Translations under genes and position numbers: made by a program
DNA from: Owenia fusiformis
Taxonomy: Eukaryota
DNA length: 64,000 bases
NCBI GenBank assembly: GCA_903813345.2
Contig: CAIIXF020000001.1
Span: 30,194,001 to 30,258,000 of the forward strand
Direction of reading: 5' to 3'
The notes under the pieces: generated by a model
Seen by the model: only the letters and a program-made list of their open reading frames with translations
The model's database searches: none
What the model was told of the DNA's origin: nothing
In this document: piece by piece, positions 12,501-27,500 of the stretch
Layout: each line of letters starts with the position of its first letter
Position numbering within the stretch: position 1 is the first letter of the stretch

Positions 12501-15500
12501 GTAAATGCACCTACAGAATAATAATGCAAGTAAATGCACCTACAGAATAATAATGCAAGTAAATGCACCTACAGAATAATAATGCAAGTAAATGCAACTA
12601 CAGAATAATAATGCAAGTAAATGGTAAAACAGTGAAGTAAATTAGAATACGCTTTACTTGATATTGGTATTTTTAATCATAAATAGGATTAATTACAATT
12701 AAAATACAAACTATCACTTATCCAAAATTCTGACATTTACAGTTATTTATTATCTTAGTGGTCATACTCTACACAATAGCCTGGTTCATTGATTGCATCA
12801 TTTATGAGAAATTATAGCAATGAGAAGTTTTAATAGAAAAGTGTAAGTGTTTATGACAGAAAAGCGCTTGGTGTATCCCATTAAAAGAAATATCCAGTAA
12901 AAGACGATGTACACTGAAGGTACGGTAAATGAATACTGTTGACTTGAATCTAATGGTGACTTACTGGGGCTGATGCTGCCTCGAGAATTGCTAAAGGTTC
13001 TCCATTAGACTTATTGGTTGACTTTACTTTGACTGAACAACCATTAGCTGGAATGACACAACTGTGGAACATCTTGCCATTTACAGCAACCTCAATCTCT
13101 GTGACTAATATCTAAAAATCATAGTATTTGTTTAGAATTTTGTTAAGAAAGGTGGTGACTGTAATTCCTTAAAAGGCATTAGCATGCCAAATGTCACCAC
13201 CAGCTGCCATTTGTTACAGACGCTGACTGCCGTTTAATTAATTGTTACTGATGCTGAATGCTGAACACCAATCGCCAAACACCATCCATAAAAAAGTTGG
13301 AGACTAACAATATGTTTTTAATTTATTAACGTTATTTGAACCATCAATAGCCATCGATACAAAACTTCCTTTCTGAAAACACATCAAAGTTTGTAAAAGG
13401 TCCACTACAGTTAAGTGACAATTACCTCCTGTGTGCCATAAACTTCATAACGTTCATCCTTTGCCACAAGTTCAATAACATCATGCTGAGAGAATGTAAT
13501 GTTGTTCCGCACTTTCAGCTCATTGTGAGGCTTAACTTCAACAAGTTTACTTGAGCTTCCATCAATCTCTATATTGAGATTCTCCTTGATGCCTCCATCA
13601 TCACTTTTGTTTGCCCTAAAAAACAAATTATTCCATGTACTAAAATACCAGGTCGTTCAATAAGTTCCAGGAAAAATGCTCTCATTTCAAAGATTTTTGT
13701 TATTTTCTGATGAAATTTTCACACAATGTACAAAAAATTCTTTCTGATTGATTCTTATAATATCAGCATCTCTTATTTGATTGGTCAAAAATAAGGGTTA
13801 CTATGGTAACTTGACTTTTGGGTAGGCGGGGCACTTTTTACGTCACACAATTTACCATTACAGAAAATCTATCAATATGTGCAAATGAAGGATCCCTATT
13901 TTTGTTTGTTCTTATTTCAATTACAAATGTTCTGAGGGGAAATTGATGTTCATTGTTTTCATGAACATTTCTGAAATCCTGCTTGTCAATGCTGTACCAG
14001 TGGGCCAGAAAATCAACAAAAAGTAATAATATGGTAAGTTGATTAAAACTTAACCATTCAGCCTCTCATAACTATAATTTTTCCATCAGGATAATACAGC
14101 CGATCACACTGCTGATATAGTGCAGGAAACCATCACAAATAACTGGCAAAATAGATGGCAAAGCTGCCCCAAGTTACATACTCAAGTTGAGACAATCCTT
14201 GATTTTGCTGTTTTCACTAGGATGAAGGATCAACTAAGAGGTGCACTTTATGGAACAATGAAACAACTTTCGACTGCAGTCCAGATTGCCTTTCAAACAA
14301 GTGTTCCAGATGGCTTCAGAGCACTGCATCGTCAATCGGTTGAATGCAAGCGACTGTGCATTAAACATGAGGGAGAATATTTCTAAAACCTTATGGGACA
14401 ATAGTCGTGTCTATTACATTAAGTTATATTATGTACAAGTAGAAAGCGGAGAAGAAATTCATGTGATATACTCATAAATTGCCTACCATTCTGTTGTTTT
14501 TCTAATGAATAATGTGACGTAAAAAGTGCCCCGTCTACCCAAAAGTCAAGTTACCATAGTAACCCTTACTTTTGACCAATCAAATTAGAGATGCTGATAT
14601 TTCAAAAATCAATCAGAAAGTATTTTTTATACATTGTGTGAAAAGTTTATGAGAAAATATAAAAAATCTTTAAAATGAAAGCATTTTTCCGTGAACTTAT
14701 TGAACGACCTGGTACATCAGAGCAATGTCTGTCACAATCCAATGATTGAAACCACTTTTTCTGAATCTAGCTTTAATGAACTGGAATCAAACATGTTGCC
14801 AGTATGTTCCTTTCATGAATTGCATTGCATTATCCCATTTGTAATGTGGCATATATAAACGAACATTTTTATTGTAAAAAAAAATCTTGCTTTGATGACA
14901 TCTACATACTGGCTATTGGCTTTGGTATTTGATAACACCCCTTTTTTCCAATCACAATATCCAAGTAAAGTTGCTTACTGTCTAGATGTTGCCTCTAGAG
15001 CTATTCTAATGCCAGCAGCTTGTAAAAGTGTAACAGTAAATTTTGCCATTTCCGTAAAGCGCAAGTCACACTGTGATATGTACCTAAATGTAAATAATGA
15101 GAGCCTATAAAATACATTGTACAAGACAACTCTCCCATAAGCTATCTAGACGTGTTCCTACATGCAGTTTTTGTGCAAACTTTGAGATTTTTTTGGCAAA
15201 ATGTATAAATATATTATATAGTTTGTAGATTGAATTCATAAAAACATAATATGTTAACATTTGTAATATTTTTCATCTGTTTACAAGTTACAACTCCTTC
15301 AGAGTCACTCCCGCAAGAATGGCTGTAGAAAATTTGACATAATGTCACCACTTTTTGGTTCAACTTACGTTTGTCCCCAAGCGCGTAAGATGTTCCCTTT
15401 TAGAGGTCTCATTATATGCCTGTCCTTAGTAGTATGCACCATCACATCATTTATGAAACTTGGAAATAGGCTGGACTCTTGCATCTAAAATAGTCAAGAA

Positions 15501-18500
15501 ACTTATAATTGCACCGCGCTTGAAAAATAAGTCAGGAAAATAATGATATTGCTTTAAATTGACCTAAATTTTTCACTTAAATTTTTGGAAAAACTAACTT
15601 CAGTAAACCTATAATTCATTGTAATCTTAAGTCTTAAAAATTACAGAGCATTATTTTGAACATTTGTTACAACTGAATTTTATCATTTAATTTTAAAGGG
15701 AATCTAACTGTGTTCTTATTTGGCCTTGATCTTTATTCTTAGCACTACATCTAGAGTTCAAGAACTATCGATGAATGGCTACTTACCCATACTTCCTTAC
15801 AGCAACTGCGACATATTCCACAATGTTTACAGAGCCAACCAGATTGGCCACACTCACACACACTGTCAATACTGGCACTGTTGATACCCTGTATGTTATG
15901 TGTCATGTGAGATGTACATCTACTGCAATAGCTACACTTCTCACGAGATTCTACCCAGTCATGGAAAGGAAGGATTCTCTGGCGACCTATGGTGCATATG
16001 AGAAATATTTTTAACAAGCTGATCTTTAATAATTAAGTGAGTTGTGTTAAGCCTATCTGAGAAATAAGAGTGAATGTAAAGTCAATAAATATTTGGGCCA
16101 ATACAAAAGTGATGTACATGTGGTGCATATGAGAAATATTTTGAATAAGCTGATCTTTAGTGTATAGTAATTAAGTGAGTTGTGTTAAGCCTATCTGAGA
16201 AGAGTGAATGTAAAATCAATGAATATTTGGCCCAATACAAAAGTGATGTAAATATTTTGAATAAGCTGATTTTCAATAATTTCAGCCTGTTTGAGATTGT
16301 GAAGTAAATATTTTGATCACAAAGTAACAAAGTAATTTTCATTGCATTGAGAGTGACCTACGTACCTTGCACATATTTCAAGACATCTTTAGACAAAGCT
16401 TTTACATCACATTTAGGACAAGCAAGTTGTAAAGATTCTGAACGTTTTACTTCATGGTTGTAGAAAGAATGAGGAAGTCCCACTGATCCACACTCTCCCT
16501 GGCAATCCACCCCTACCTATAACATTAAACATGTGCCGAATGTAAATAATATTATAAAATAAGGAAAGCTTTTTTTCCTGAGACTCATACAAAAATTCAT
16601 CTTCATAAATATGCATTGATCTCTGCCATTACTCGAGTCATTTCTGAATTGATTTTATTAATATTGTCAATGATATGTACACATTGACAAAATGTTCAAC
16701 ACCTCACAGACCACCTTACCTTAACATGTAAGAATGGGTAGCAGTTGTTGTGATAATCCATGAGTCGCAACACTTGACTCATGACACTCCAGAAATAAGT
16801 TCTCAGACCTTCATCTGGGTTGCTATCCGGACCAGATACTTTCTCCATAGTGTACAATTTGGTGGCCCTTGCAATTACATCTAAATAGCTGCTTGTTGTA
16901 GCTAAAAGTTAAACGTTATTATGTGGCTATACATGAAGCTGTTGGGTTTATAAATAAAATTATTTGGATACAATTCTGGGAATTGGGTGGAAGAAGAGCT
17001 TTCTATAAGATTGAGAGAGAAGTATTCTCAAACTGCAGTGAAATTCAAAAATGGGTTGCAACGGTCTATAAGTGTAACCAATCCAGAAAAAATATACAAA
17101 TTAAGCTAGATGTCAATGAAAAAAGTTACCCGACTTTTTGGAGATTATGAGTCAAAGAAAGCATTCTTGAGTTTCAAATTGACTTCTGTAATAACTTGAA
17201 ACCATCTTCTAATTTATTCCACTTCCCTTTATTGATTTAATTGAGTTCAAGCATGAATGTGGTATGTCAATATGACCTCAAATACTTTCAAGTGTGAATG
17301 TGATATATCAATATGACCTCAAATACTTACAAGCGTGAATGTGATATGTCAATATGACCTCAAATACTTACAAGCATGAATGTGATATGTCAATATGACC
17401 TCAAATACTTACAAGCATGAATATAATATGTCAATATGACCTCAAATACTTACAAGCATGAATATGATATGTCAATATGACCTCAAATACTTACAAACAT
17501 AAATGTGAAATGTCAATATGACCTCAAATACTTACAAGCATGAATGTGATGAGTTGATATAACCTCAAATACATACAAGCATGAATGTGATATGAATCAA
17601 TATGACCTCAAATACTTACAAGCATGAATGTGATGTGTCACCATGACCTCCACTACTCCTATCCTGAATAAGATGCCATATCTCCAACAAAGGACCACAT
17701 GATCACTGATCTTCCAGAAATCTTGGAAAAGAGTTTGAACCAGGGCAGCAGGAAGACCATGAGTGTAGCGATATCTGTAGCTTACCTGCACCTCATCCTC
17801 TCCAGGACCATCATCCCACACGTGTGTCTGCAATATTCCAATTATGGGTGAAAATGTCCAGGTATTATTGTTTGTTGTAAGACATTTATTAAAATAAATA
17901 GCCTGTTTCAATATTAATTGGTTAATTAATTGACGTTTTATAGCTTTGAATCCTCACTGACTTATGCTCCAAGAAATTCAGTTTATCAGATTAGCTTTAT
18001 GATAGCTAATGCATTGCCTGAACTTGCCCTGAAATCATTGCTTTTTACTGTTTTGACATGATTTTGTAATATCAGATATTACAAACAGGGGACAAATGTC
18101 CAGTCAACAAATATAATTAATCATCCATTATTCCTCAATTTTATGTTCTTTCAAATACCGCTGACGCTTATGCCTAGGTCACATTTGCTCCGATTCACCG
18201 CTCGGCACCCGGGCGATTGCATATTTTATTCAAAACTGAAGACCAAATCTTAAATTTGAGGTCAGATATGAACTCCTGAGAACATGTACATGATTTTAAA
18301 AAAGTTTGGACAATTTGAAGCAAGTTGAAATTAGTTTTGAACAAAATACTGCAATCAGCTGGGCGTTGGCAGATGAATCGGAGCAAATGTGACCAAGGCA
18401 TTATTGAAGCAACTATTCAAAAATATTATAAAATATTACAAATATGAGACAAAATGGTGAATTATGTATTTGCGTCACTCATACTATAAATGCATATAAT

Positions 18501-21500
18501 ATCAATAAATTAAGAGATGTTCCTTAAATATTTTTTTGTATGTCAGAATTTCACTTTAGTTTTCATATATGTAATCAGATTTTGATAATACTGAAAATTT
18601 AAAAAGTTATTAAAGAAAAAGTGACCCTTGAACAATTCTGTCCGGGCTACTATATTACCTTGAGTACGAGTTGTGAGAACCTGGATTCAAGTTCAATGGA
18701 CCTGAAGAAAGCTTTGGGGTGTGTATGGCTGTATGGGAAGTACTCTGGTTTAGTTCTCATGCCATGTGGTGGTATACGCACCAGGATTCCAAGATGGCAG
18801 AAAGTTTGTGTCACAAGATGGAATACCTGAAAAGAATGTATGATAGAAGTTAGCCTTGCAAAATGTATCAATACATTTTTTAAATAATTGCCAACGTTAA
18901 AAGCAAGTGACTGGAGATTTTTTTTTTTTTTTTTGTAAAAACTATATTTCAAGAATAAAACATATATACAAATATACATTATACATAGGCCTAATTACAT
19001 TGTTTAATTTCTGTACAGTTTCTCTTTTTCAAAATAAGCATGTATACTTCCAATTTTGTCTATATTGAAAATTTGTATTGCCCTCCTGGCTATTAAAACT
19101 TCTTTATAATTCTTATACTTATTTATTCCTATAATTTGTTCAAAAGTGATATTATCAAAAAATTTCCATATATCCCTTATTTTTGTACACTCATAAAAAT
19201 TATGTTTAACATTGTCAATTACATTGCAATTCTCACAAAATGAACTATCTCTAATTCTAAAACGATTTAAAATCTCATTACATGGATATATGTTGTGTAA
19301 TGTTTTCCAGTGAATAATTAAGAGTTTGGCATCTACTTTGCACTTGAATGCTCTAAGCCAAGTTGCGCATGAAATATCCTTACCGTTATACTGTAAAATC
19401 AATTTTCTTTTATCTGTACATAGTTTTCTAAAATCTGATGTTTCATAAAATGTTATCTCTTTACCATTTAAATATATTTTGAAATCATCATCCGCTTTTA
19501 CATTGCCATAAAGTAATATTACATTTCTATTGATACAATTTGAAAGACCAATGTATTGTATCAGTGTCAAAGGATTCCTACCAATAATCCTAGATATTTC
19601 ATCATATGTCATTACTCTATCATTGGTTACAATATCACTTACAAAATTTATACCTTTTGCGATCCAATTTGTAAAACATATTTTATTTCCACTTATTTTT
19701 AACTTTTCATTATTCCAAATAATTGATTGGTCTGATTCAGTTTTATAATTTTGCCAAGTTTGTAAAACTTTCTTGTAAAAATGAGGTAAACCAGTATAAT
19801 TATTAATTGTACTATTGCACTTAAATACATAAAGTTCTGTTGCATATTTGCTATAGTAAAACTTTGGAAGACATCTCCAATGTCCATTACCTGGTAAAAC
19901 TATCAGTTTAATCCATTTCATAATAAATGAGACTTGCATATCATACATATCAATCATTTTCAGACCTCCATCTTTGTAATCTTGTACCATAAAATCCCTT
20001 TTAACATATTCTGGTACAGATTTTAAATCCTCTTCCTTATAATTGCCTTTGGACCATATGAACTTAAAAAACATGGTGTTCATTCTTCTTAATATGTCAT
20101 CATTCAAAATAAAACTTTGCATTAAGTACATGAATTGTGAGTGACTGGAGATAACCATGCTCGCATGTACATGTATTCAAATATAAATTAACAATATAAT
20201 TGCTCTACTGCTTTCGAAGTTATCAAAAAATTGGGGAAATTTTCAATAGACATTGTGCCAGGTTTCAAGTATTTATATGTTCACATAAATTATCAACAAA
20301 ATTGCTCCCTTACTTTTCAAGTTATAGCAAAACATAAAAATTTAAACAAATCAGATTTTGGACTAAATAATTACAATAAAGAGTTGTTATGACTTTGTTC
20401 TATGGGTGTTAATAGAGGTTTGACTGTACTTTAAGTTATTGAACGATTTGAAGTGAAATACAGGATATATTCTGTATTGCACTTCAAATCATTCTATAAC
20501 GTTTTTATCATATGATAAGGCCAATACATTTTACATAGGAGATAATCCCTGAGAAATATTCTGTATTCTCTGTATTGCTACTGAGATTGTCCCTTCCATA
20601 CTTATATTTTCGGTATTGCTCCGGAGATGATCAAATGGCACAAGAACTGACCAATCAGAGGGCATCCTTTACAGATCATACGATAAATGTACTTACATAT
20701 GCTTTGCCTTTCCTTGACTTGAACTGCAAGATCTCATTTAGCAGTGGTTTGTTTAGAACAGCAACGTTGGGCGCCAACGCTGGGACCCTTTTGTTATTTG
20801 CATATTTTGTCTCTCCTTGGAAGTAATGAAAATCTTCAGTGAGCATACATATATATTATGAAAGTCTTATACACTGTTTTTAAGTTTTAGTTAAGCAATA
20901 GACATTTGATACAAAAACACAACTCATACGAAGGTCTTACAACATGAAAACTACAAGGGACCTGTCCTGTGTAATATATGAGAGATCATACAGTACTTTT
21001 ACATGATACAATTTAAAAGACACAATAAAAGGAATCAGACACAACAAAAGTACTTTTTTACTTCCAACAAAGAAAGTACCAACAAAAAATTCAAAAAATG
21101 TTCAGCAGTTTTTTCTGTAGTCACTGGAATATTAAAAGTTTTCACAAATGCAATTAGAATTTTTCTAATTTCATATTTAGAAGAAATGTCACTTTTTTCT
21201 TAATCTAAAAATTTTGAGGACATGAATATATGTTATGTGCCTCAATCTGAAAATCTAGCAATCTGAAACATGTGTTACTGTTCAGGCCTGTAGCCAGGGG
21301 GCCAAAAATTATTTCAAAATCATTCAGTTTTTCACCATTCTGAGCACTTTTAAAGTTATTTTGGCCATTTTTGGATATGGGCCTGCTGTTATTACCGTAC
21401 CTATATCTGCATTGGTAAGATAACCCAGGAACCATGACACATTGAAGATCACTGCTGGCTTTTCTATCTTGGAGAAGTACAGTAGGGTACCCTACAAGAA

Positions 21501-24500
21501 CATCTACAGTCAGAAATACAGCCAACAAGTACATCATGAAAATGGTGGCCATTTTGAATTCAGTGGTTTATTTGAGGCCATTTTGAATTGAAACTTGAAT
21601 TTTCTTCTCAATCTCAAACCTTTTAAGTAATTCAAGGAGAGTGGATATTGTGTTTTCACTGGCTAACTTGAAAATATCTTCTTGAGCATGTCCTATGCCT
21701 TTTTGGCATCAGCATATAAGATTTGAACCAAATCCATCAACTGGTGTTTGAGTTATCAAAAATAACATTCTTACGAAAAATGCCTGACATATAAATTGAT
21801 ACTGTATGAGTGGCCACATTGGAAATTTATTCTTGGGAGAGGTTCTAAGCCCATCAAGCATCAACCAATAAAACTAGAGTCAAACCCAATATCCTGTAAT
21901 TGACTTATCACCACAGAGACATATGGACTAATGGATAGGTGGACGAATGGCTTCTCTAGTAGAACCATGGGCTTTCAATATATACATGCATATTGAATGC
22001 CCATGATAGAACTGTACCTAAATTAATTAATACAATATACACTATAATTTACTTTGTGACTCAATCTGAAGCAAGCCAGAATAAATACCACAACAGCTGC
22101 CTCTTCATCACGAAAGTAAAACCTTCTATTTCTGGATATATATTTCAATATCTGAGGTAATTACTTTAATGACTAATGCTAATTTATGTTCAAAAATACA
22201 ATGCCAATTTACCTGTTTATGCTGACTAGGAAGTACTTCATACTTTATCCACTCTCTCACAGGTTCAGTTGGTGTTAAACCTAACATGCTGGTCAGTCGT
22301 ATTATCACCCTTTCTTCACTTGCAACATTCACACCTAGCATTAAAATACAATAACCTTAGGTACATGTAACTCACTGAGACTTTGTATTATCCCATAATA
22401 TTCCACTTTCTACCTGGGGTAGAACTTAATATAATTATGAGAAATAATGAAATATACTTAAATGTATCAAATTTTCTAATTGTTACCTTCCATTAAAATA
22501 ACAATTTATTTCTCTTTTTGTAGACAGTACCATGAGCATAGATATGGACAAAATGAGAGGAGGGGTGATTGTACGCTTTTTGTGATGACATATTCAGCAA
22601 ACCTGCAATACTTTTTTTCATAAATAAATCCCTAAATGAATAAGCCTATGGTATAGTAAATTGTGTGAGGCTTTATGATTTAAACCCTATACTTCCATGG
22701 AATGAGATCTACTGAAAAAGGCGCAAAGTCACCAGTGTACAAAATAAAAGTCTTACAATCGCCCACCAAAATTTAATATTTTGTCTATTTTAAGTGTATG
22801 TAATTATAAATAATTGATGGTAGAACATTTATTAACCTGGCATAAACTTATCTCTGTCTTTGAAAAGAGCGACAACATCTTCTTCATATTTCTCAACCAA
22901 TTCAACATCAGGTTTGAAAGGAGGCTTCCGATTGCCTGTCACTTTATCCGAGACCTGGAAAAATTAAAATTAATTATGGAAATAATTATTGACTCCTACA
23001 TTCAGAAAAACTGATTGTAGAGAAAAAAAACAAACTAGATAGCTTTACTGTACATGTGCATATACATACTTGTATATTATATTTGCAATCTGCTTATGAC
23101 CAATTCACTTATTTTGTCTCAGTTTATACTTTGTACCTATTAGCCAAACACCATATTTTGTTCAAAACCTTTAACTAATAAATGATAGAAAGTCACATTG
23201 AGGGTAATCAATCCTTGTCAGATTCAAAACAAAAATCCCTTAAAGAGAATTCCTAATATAATTCGCTTCAAGATAATTCCTAACAAGGCATTAATATGCA
23301 AAATCTCACTACCTGCCATTTGCCACAGAATGGTGATCATAACCTTTTGAGGTCAGGCACGAAGCCAGAATTTTCCAAGGGGGGGCTCACTTTTCCAAAA
23401 AATTCTAGGGGGGTTCACTTTGGCAAATTTGGCCAAAATTCACTCAAAAATAGTAAGAATGGTGAAAAACTGCATGATTTTGAAAGAAATTTTGGCCAGG
23501 GGGGGGGGGGGGGGTTCAGCGGAACCCCCAGGACCCCCCCCCCCCCCGGCTATGGGCCTTGAAGTGGCATAATAATAACTAGATCTTGAGACTGATTTTG
23601 GTCAAAAGAGCTGATATTTGCAACCTTGGCCAAAATCACACAGTAATTGAGTGCGGATCAAATGGATGGCATACACTACTAGATGGGAGGATGCAACAAC
23701 AAGCATATTTTATCAGTTGAATATTTCTCAATTTATCAAAGTCTAAAGTAAAAATGAGTACAAGAGAGTTATTTAGTTAAATATACAACAAACTGATTAC
23801 AATATAGCCCCAAAAGGGCGCTATAAAAATGTGTTGTACATACCACAGTTTCATCTGGGATTTCTGGGATTTCTTTCAGGTTGTTCCACAGTCCATTAAT
23901 ATCCTGAAGTTCAATAGACAAATATCAGTACATATTTATTTACACTTAAACAATGTGGGTACACATTTAACTGCACCAAAATAATGTGAGCACATAAGTT
24001 GCACTCAAACTACTGTATATGGGTTTATATGATGTAATTGATTACATGATACAATATATTGAGTATTGTACAAAATTGTATGTATAACTTTTGATCCGAT
24101 AATAATTTTGATAATTTTAGCACATAATGGCATAACCAAAACATCTAAAACATAATATCTAAAACATGATACATTATATTGAAATCTTTACTTGCAGCCT
24201 TCCTCCTTTTCTGGTTATATTTCACTTATGTAGGGAAACAAACCTTTCTGTCAGTTATGCTCCTTTTATCTAGTGTATATTTGACGCAATGACAGAGCAT
24301 GTCCATTTCTTGAACTTCTACTTCACTGGAATCATTACACCTCTGGGCACAATCCATGAACCATTGGATGTCAGTAATCACTGGCTGCCTATAGGGGGCC
24401 TCTGGGAAGTACACCAGTTGGCCCTGAAATGGACATTTGGGATAAGAAAATGCTACTGAACATATAAAAGGTGTTCTCTTTGTCATAATGATATTAAAAA

Positions 24501-27500
24501 ATGAATTGTCAATAATATAATACTTATATATATTATACTTAAGTATAATGAGATATTTTGACAACAATAAACCTGATATCTCAAAAGACAAAACAAAAGT
24601 AGGAGCAAGGACTGATGGTGTAAATTAAGAGTATTATAACTTAGTGGTTTACATTGGTTCCGAAGAATAACAGATTTAGAAAAAATATTACCAATGAATA
24701 ATCTTTTCAGTTGAAATTACTTAGGTTTACATACTTTACAGCCCGTGTATTTCTTTCTCTGTATTAAATGTAATCATCAATTGATTGATATCTTGTGTAA
24801 GTAATCGAAACTGATGCATTTCATCTTTTCTTGAGACCATATTCAACATAAAAGTAGCATGTGTGCTCAGTGGAACTGATATGTGCTCATTAGAGGGAAT
24901 ATGGTATTAACCTTTTTGTGTAATAATTTCAGGTGTTCATCTACTTCCATATGACTGTCAGCCATTTTCAGGTGCTCCTCAATGAGGAGGTGCTGATCCA
25001 CAATGCTTGGGAGGTCCTCAAGAGAGGTAAGTTTCTCCCAGACTGGGGTGAATGTTTGAAGTGAGATGGGTTGCATCACTGATGTAGGATTCATTGTTGA
25101 TATAGTTTTGGTGCAACTTCTTATCATGTTCAATATGGACTGATAGCCCTGAAATAAAAATCACAATGCAGGAGTGCAGGATGGGAGCATCTTGACCTCT
25201 TACATACAAATCTTTTCTCCTTCACATAAGTTTGACTTAGCTTCTTGGGAGGTAGCTTTATCAACACTCTTTTTCTTGTGTGTTTTAAGTGTTCAGAGGT
25301 TACTTTACAGAATTAGCCTCTATACTCAGGGTAAAATGAGACTGATTTTATAGGTAAATCATTAGCAGAATCCTCTATGCAATATTCTGTTTTCGTTAAA
25401 CTGTATGGGTCAAATGGGAGCCATACAATCTGTTTTTCAAAGGACAGGAATTTAACAAAGGTATCTAATATACACACCTCTTCTCCAGTTTTCACAGGAT
25501 ATGAATTAATTTTCTTCTCGTCACCGTCTGAAGAAGCCTTAAACTGTTTGTAAATGGGCATCACATCAATACCCCATTGATAGATGGCAGAAGCCCATTG
25601 GAAGCAAACAGATGCTACTTGACTTTTCATTCGAAGCTAATAAACAAAAAAGAGCATGCATGCCAATTACAATTATGCATTTTAAACAATGGGACAGAAA
25701 TGCACCATACTATAAAACTATTGAAAATATTTTATTAATATTATAGTCTTACAGTCTATACTACTACTACTACTACTACTACATTACATTAGCAACATAA
25801 CAGTATGTGGTAATTGGAGTGAATGATTTTGATATTTTACTGAATAAATGCTGTGTACAGTTTTTTGCTACATACATTTTTCACAGTAAGTTGCTCATCA
25901 TTCATGTAAGGTTTTAATTTCCTCACAATTTTCTCTGTCAAGCTTTCCTTTAAATAGAGAAAAATACTGTTTAGTTAGTGTTACATAAATGAAAAATAAC
26001 ATTTTTGACCTCTTAGATATACATTTTCACATACGAAGTCTGAGACTAAAACAAGTCTGAGATAAAATATTCTCACAGTAAAATAACATCATTAGGTTTG
26101 TCTTAAATTGAGGACAATGTTAAATGTGTTTGTGCCTTTCTCTTTCACAAATTATAATTAACAAACAAAAACAAGGCAGTGTACTGAAAGTAAGCAGACT
26201 CACCATGTACTCATAATTCACCATTGAATTTATGAACAAATAGTTGGATAACATCTTCTTTATTTCCCTCCATTCAGGCTGAAACAAAATATTACTTTAT
26301 TTCTTAATTCGAAGATATTTATTTATTATTACTGTGCTGTTTCTTTATCTATTTGAAAGCAAAAACACCATTTTCTCTTGCAAGAAGACAAGTGTACGGT
26401 TTGATTAAACTGTATTCGCTGTAAATTGGAACTCAACTAGAAGATGGCAACTCCACGGAGTAGCAAATCCCAACGAACACTATATAAATCATCAATCTGT
26501 ACAGTCACAATGTAATATTTACCATCTACTCTTACAGTATATGTCAAATTTCTGCTCTAGTCAGTCATTTTGAATTTTCAGAGGTGCAAATCAGAAAAAC
26601 AATGCCATAATTGTGATGTACTCTGAAATTCCTTCAATTTGAGTATAATATAGCCATACTTTTAAGAGATCAGAAAATAATTGCGAAGTCCCACATAAGA
26701 CGCCATTTTGAATTTTTTGAGGCCGGAATCAGAAAAATGTTACAATATTTGCAGTCTACTCTAAATTGCCTTTCATTTGAGTATAATAAAGTTATACTTC
26801 AGAAACATCTCAAAATTAACGCAAATTCCTGTTTTGCCAATACTCCATTTACGGCCCCTGGGGTCGGGGTTAAAAACTCAGGATATATGTGAAAAAGATA
26901 GATGTTGTTAATATACTACCAAAATTTCAAATAATAATATTCATTATTTTGGTTTAAAATGAAAAACATAAGATTTTTGCGAAAAATTCCCACCATTTTT
27001 AAACTGGTGGCCATCTTGACAAAAAAAATTCTTGCGTAAAACAATTCACCAATATACATCTTTCCGCTAAATATGAAAATAATCTGTCAACTAGTATTCG
27101 AGTTATCTTCCGGACAGACGGACGGACGGACTGACTGACTGACTGATGGACTGACGGACAGATGGACGGACGGAGGGCTTCACTATATCCCTACAGAACT
27201 TCGTTCGTTGGGATAATTAGCTGTAAAGAATTTGACGATGTTTCTTAGAGTTTAAATAACTTTTTATTTAAAAATATTCTAAAGTAGAATATTCGATTGA
27301 AGCTACACATGGCAATCGTCACATCGACAAGTGTGCGGGCTAGCTAGGACTACACACAGTACCTTTAAATTGAAAAGTATCGTTACACACGACATTGATT
27401 GTAACACAGGTCTTGGTGGATTGGAGAAGGATTTGAGCTCTGTGATATCAGATTTTGATAATCCTTGAATTCCATCAATAGCTGGTGCCTTGAACACAAA

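Noticed and set aside
21205..21552. Secreted-peptide-like ORF MATIFMMYLLAVFL…
   Set aside because: It overlaps repeat fragments at both ends, and its core is the Roco exon 21401-21491 read in another frame.
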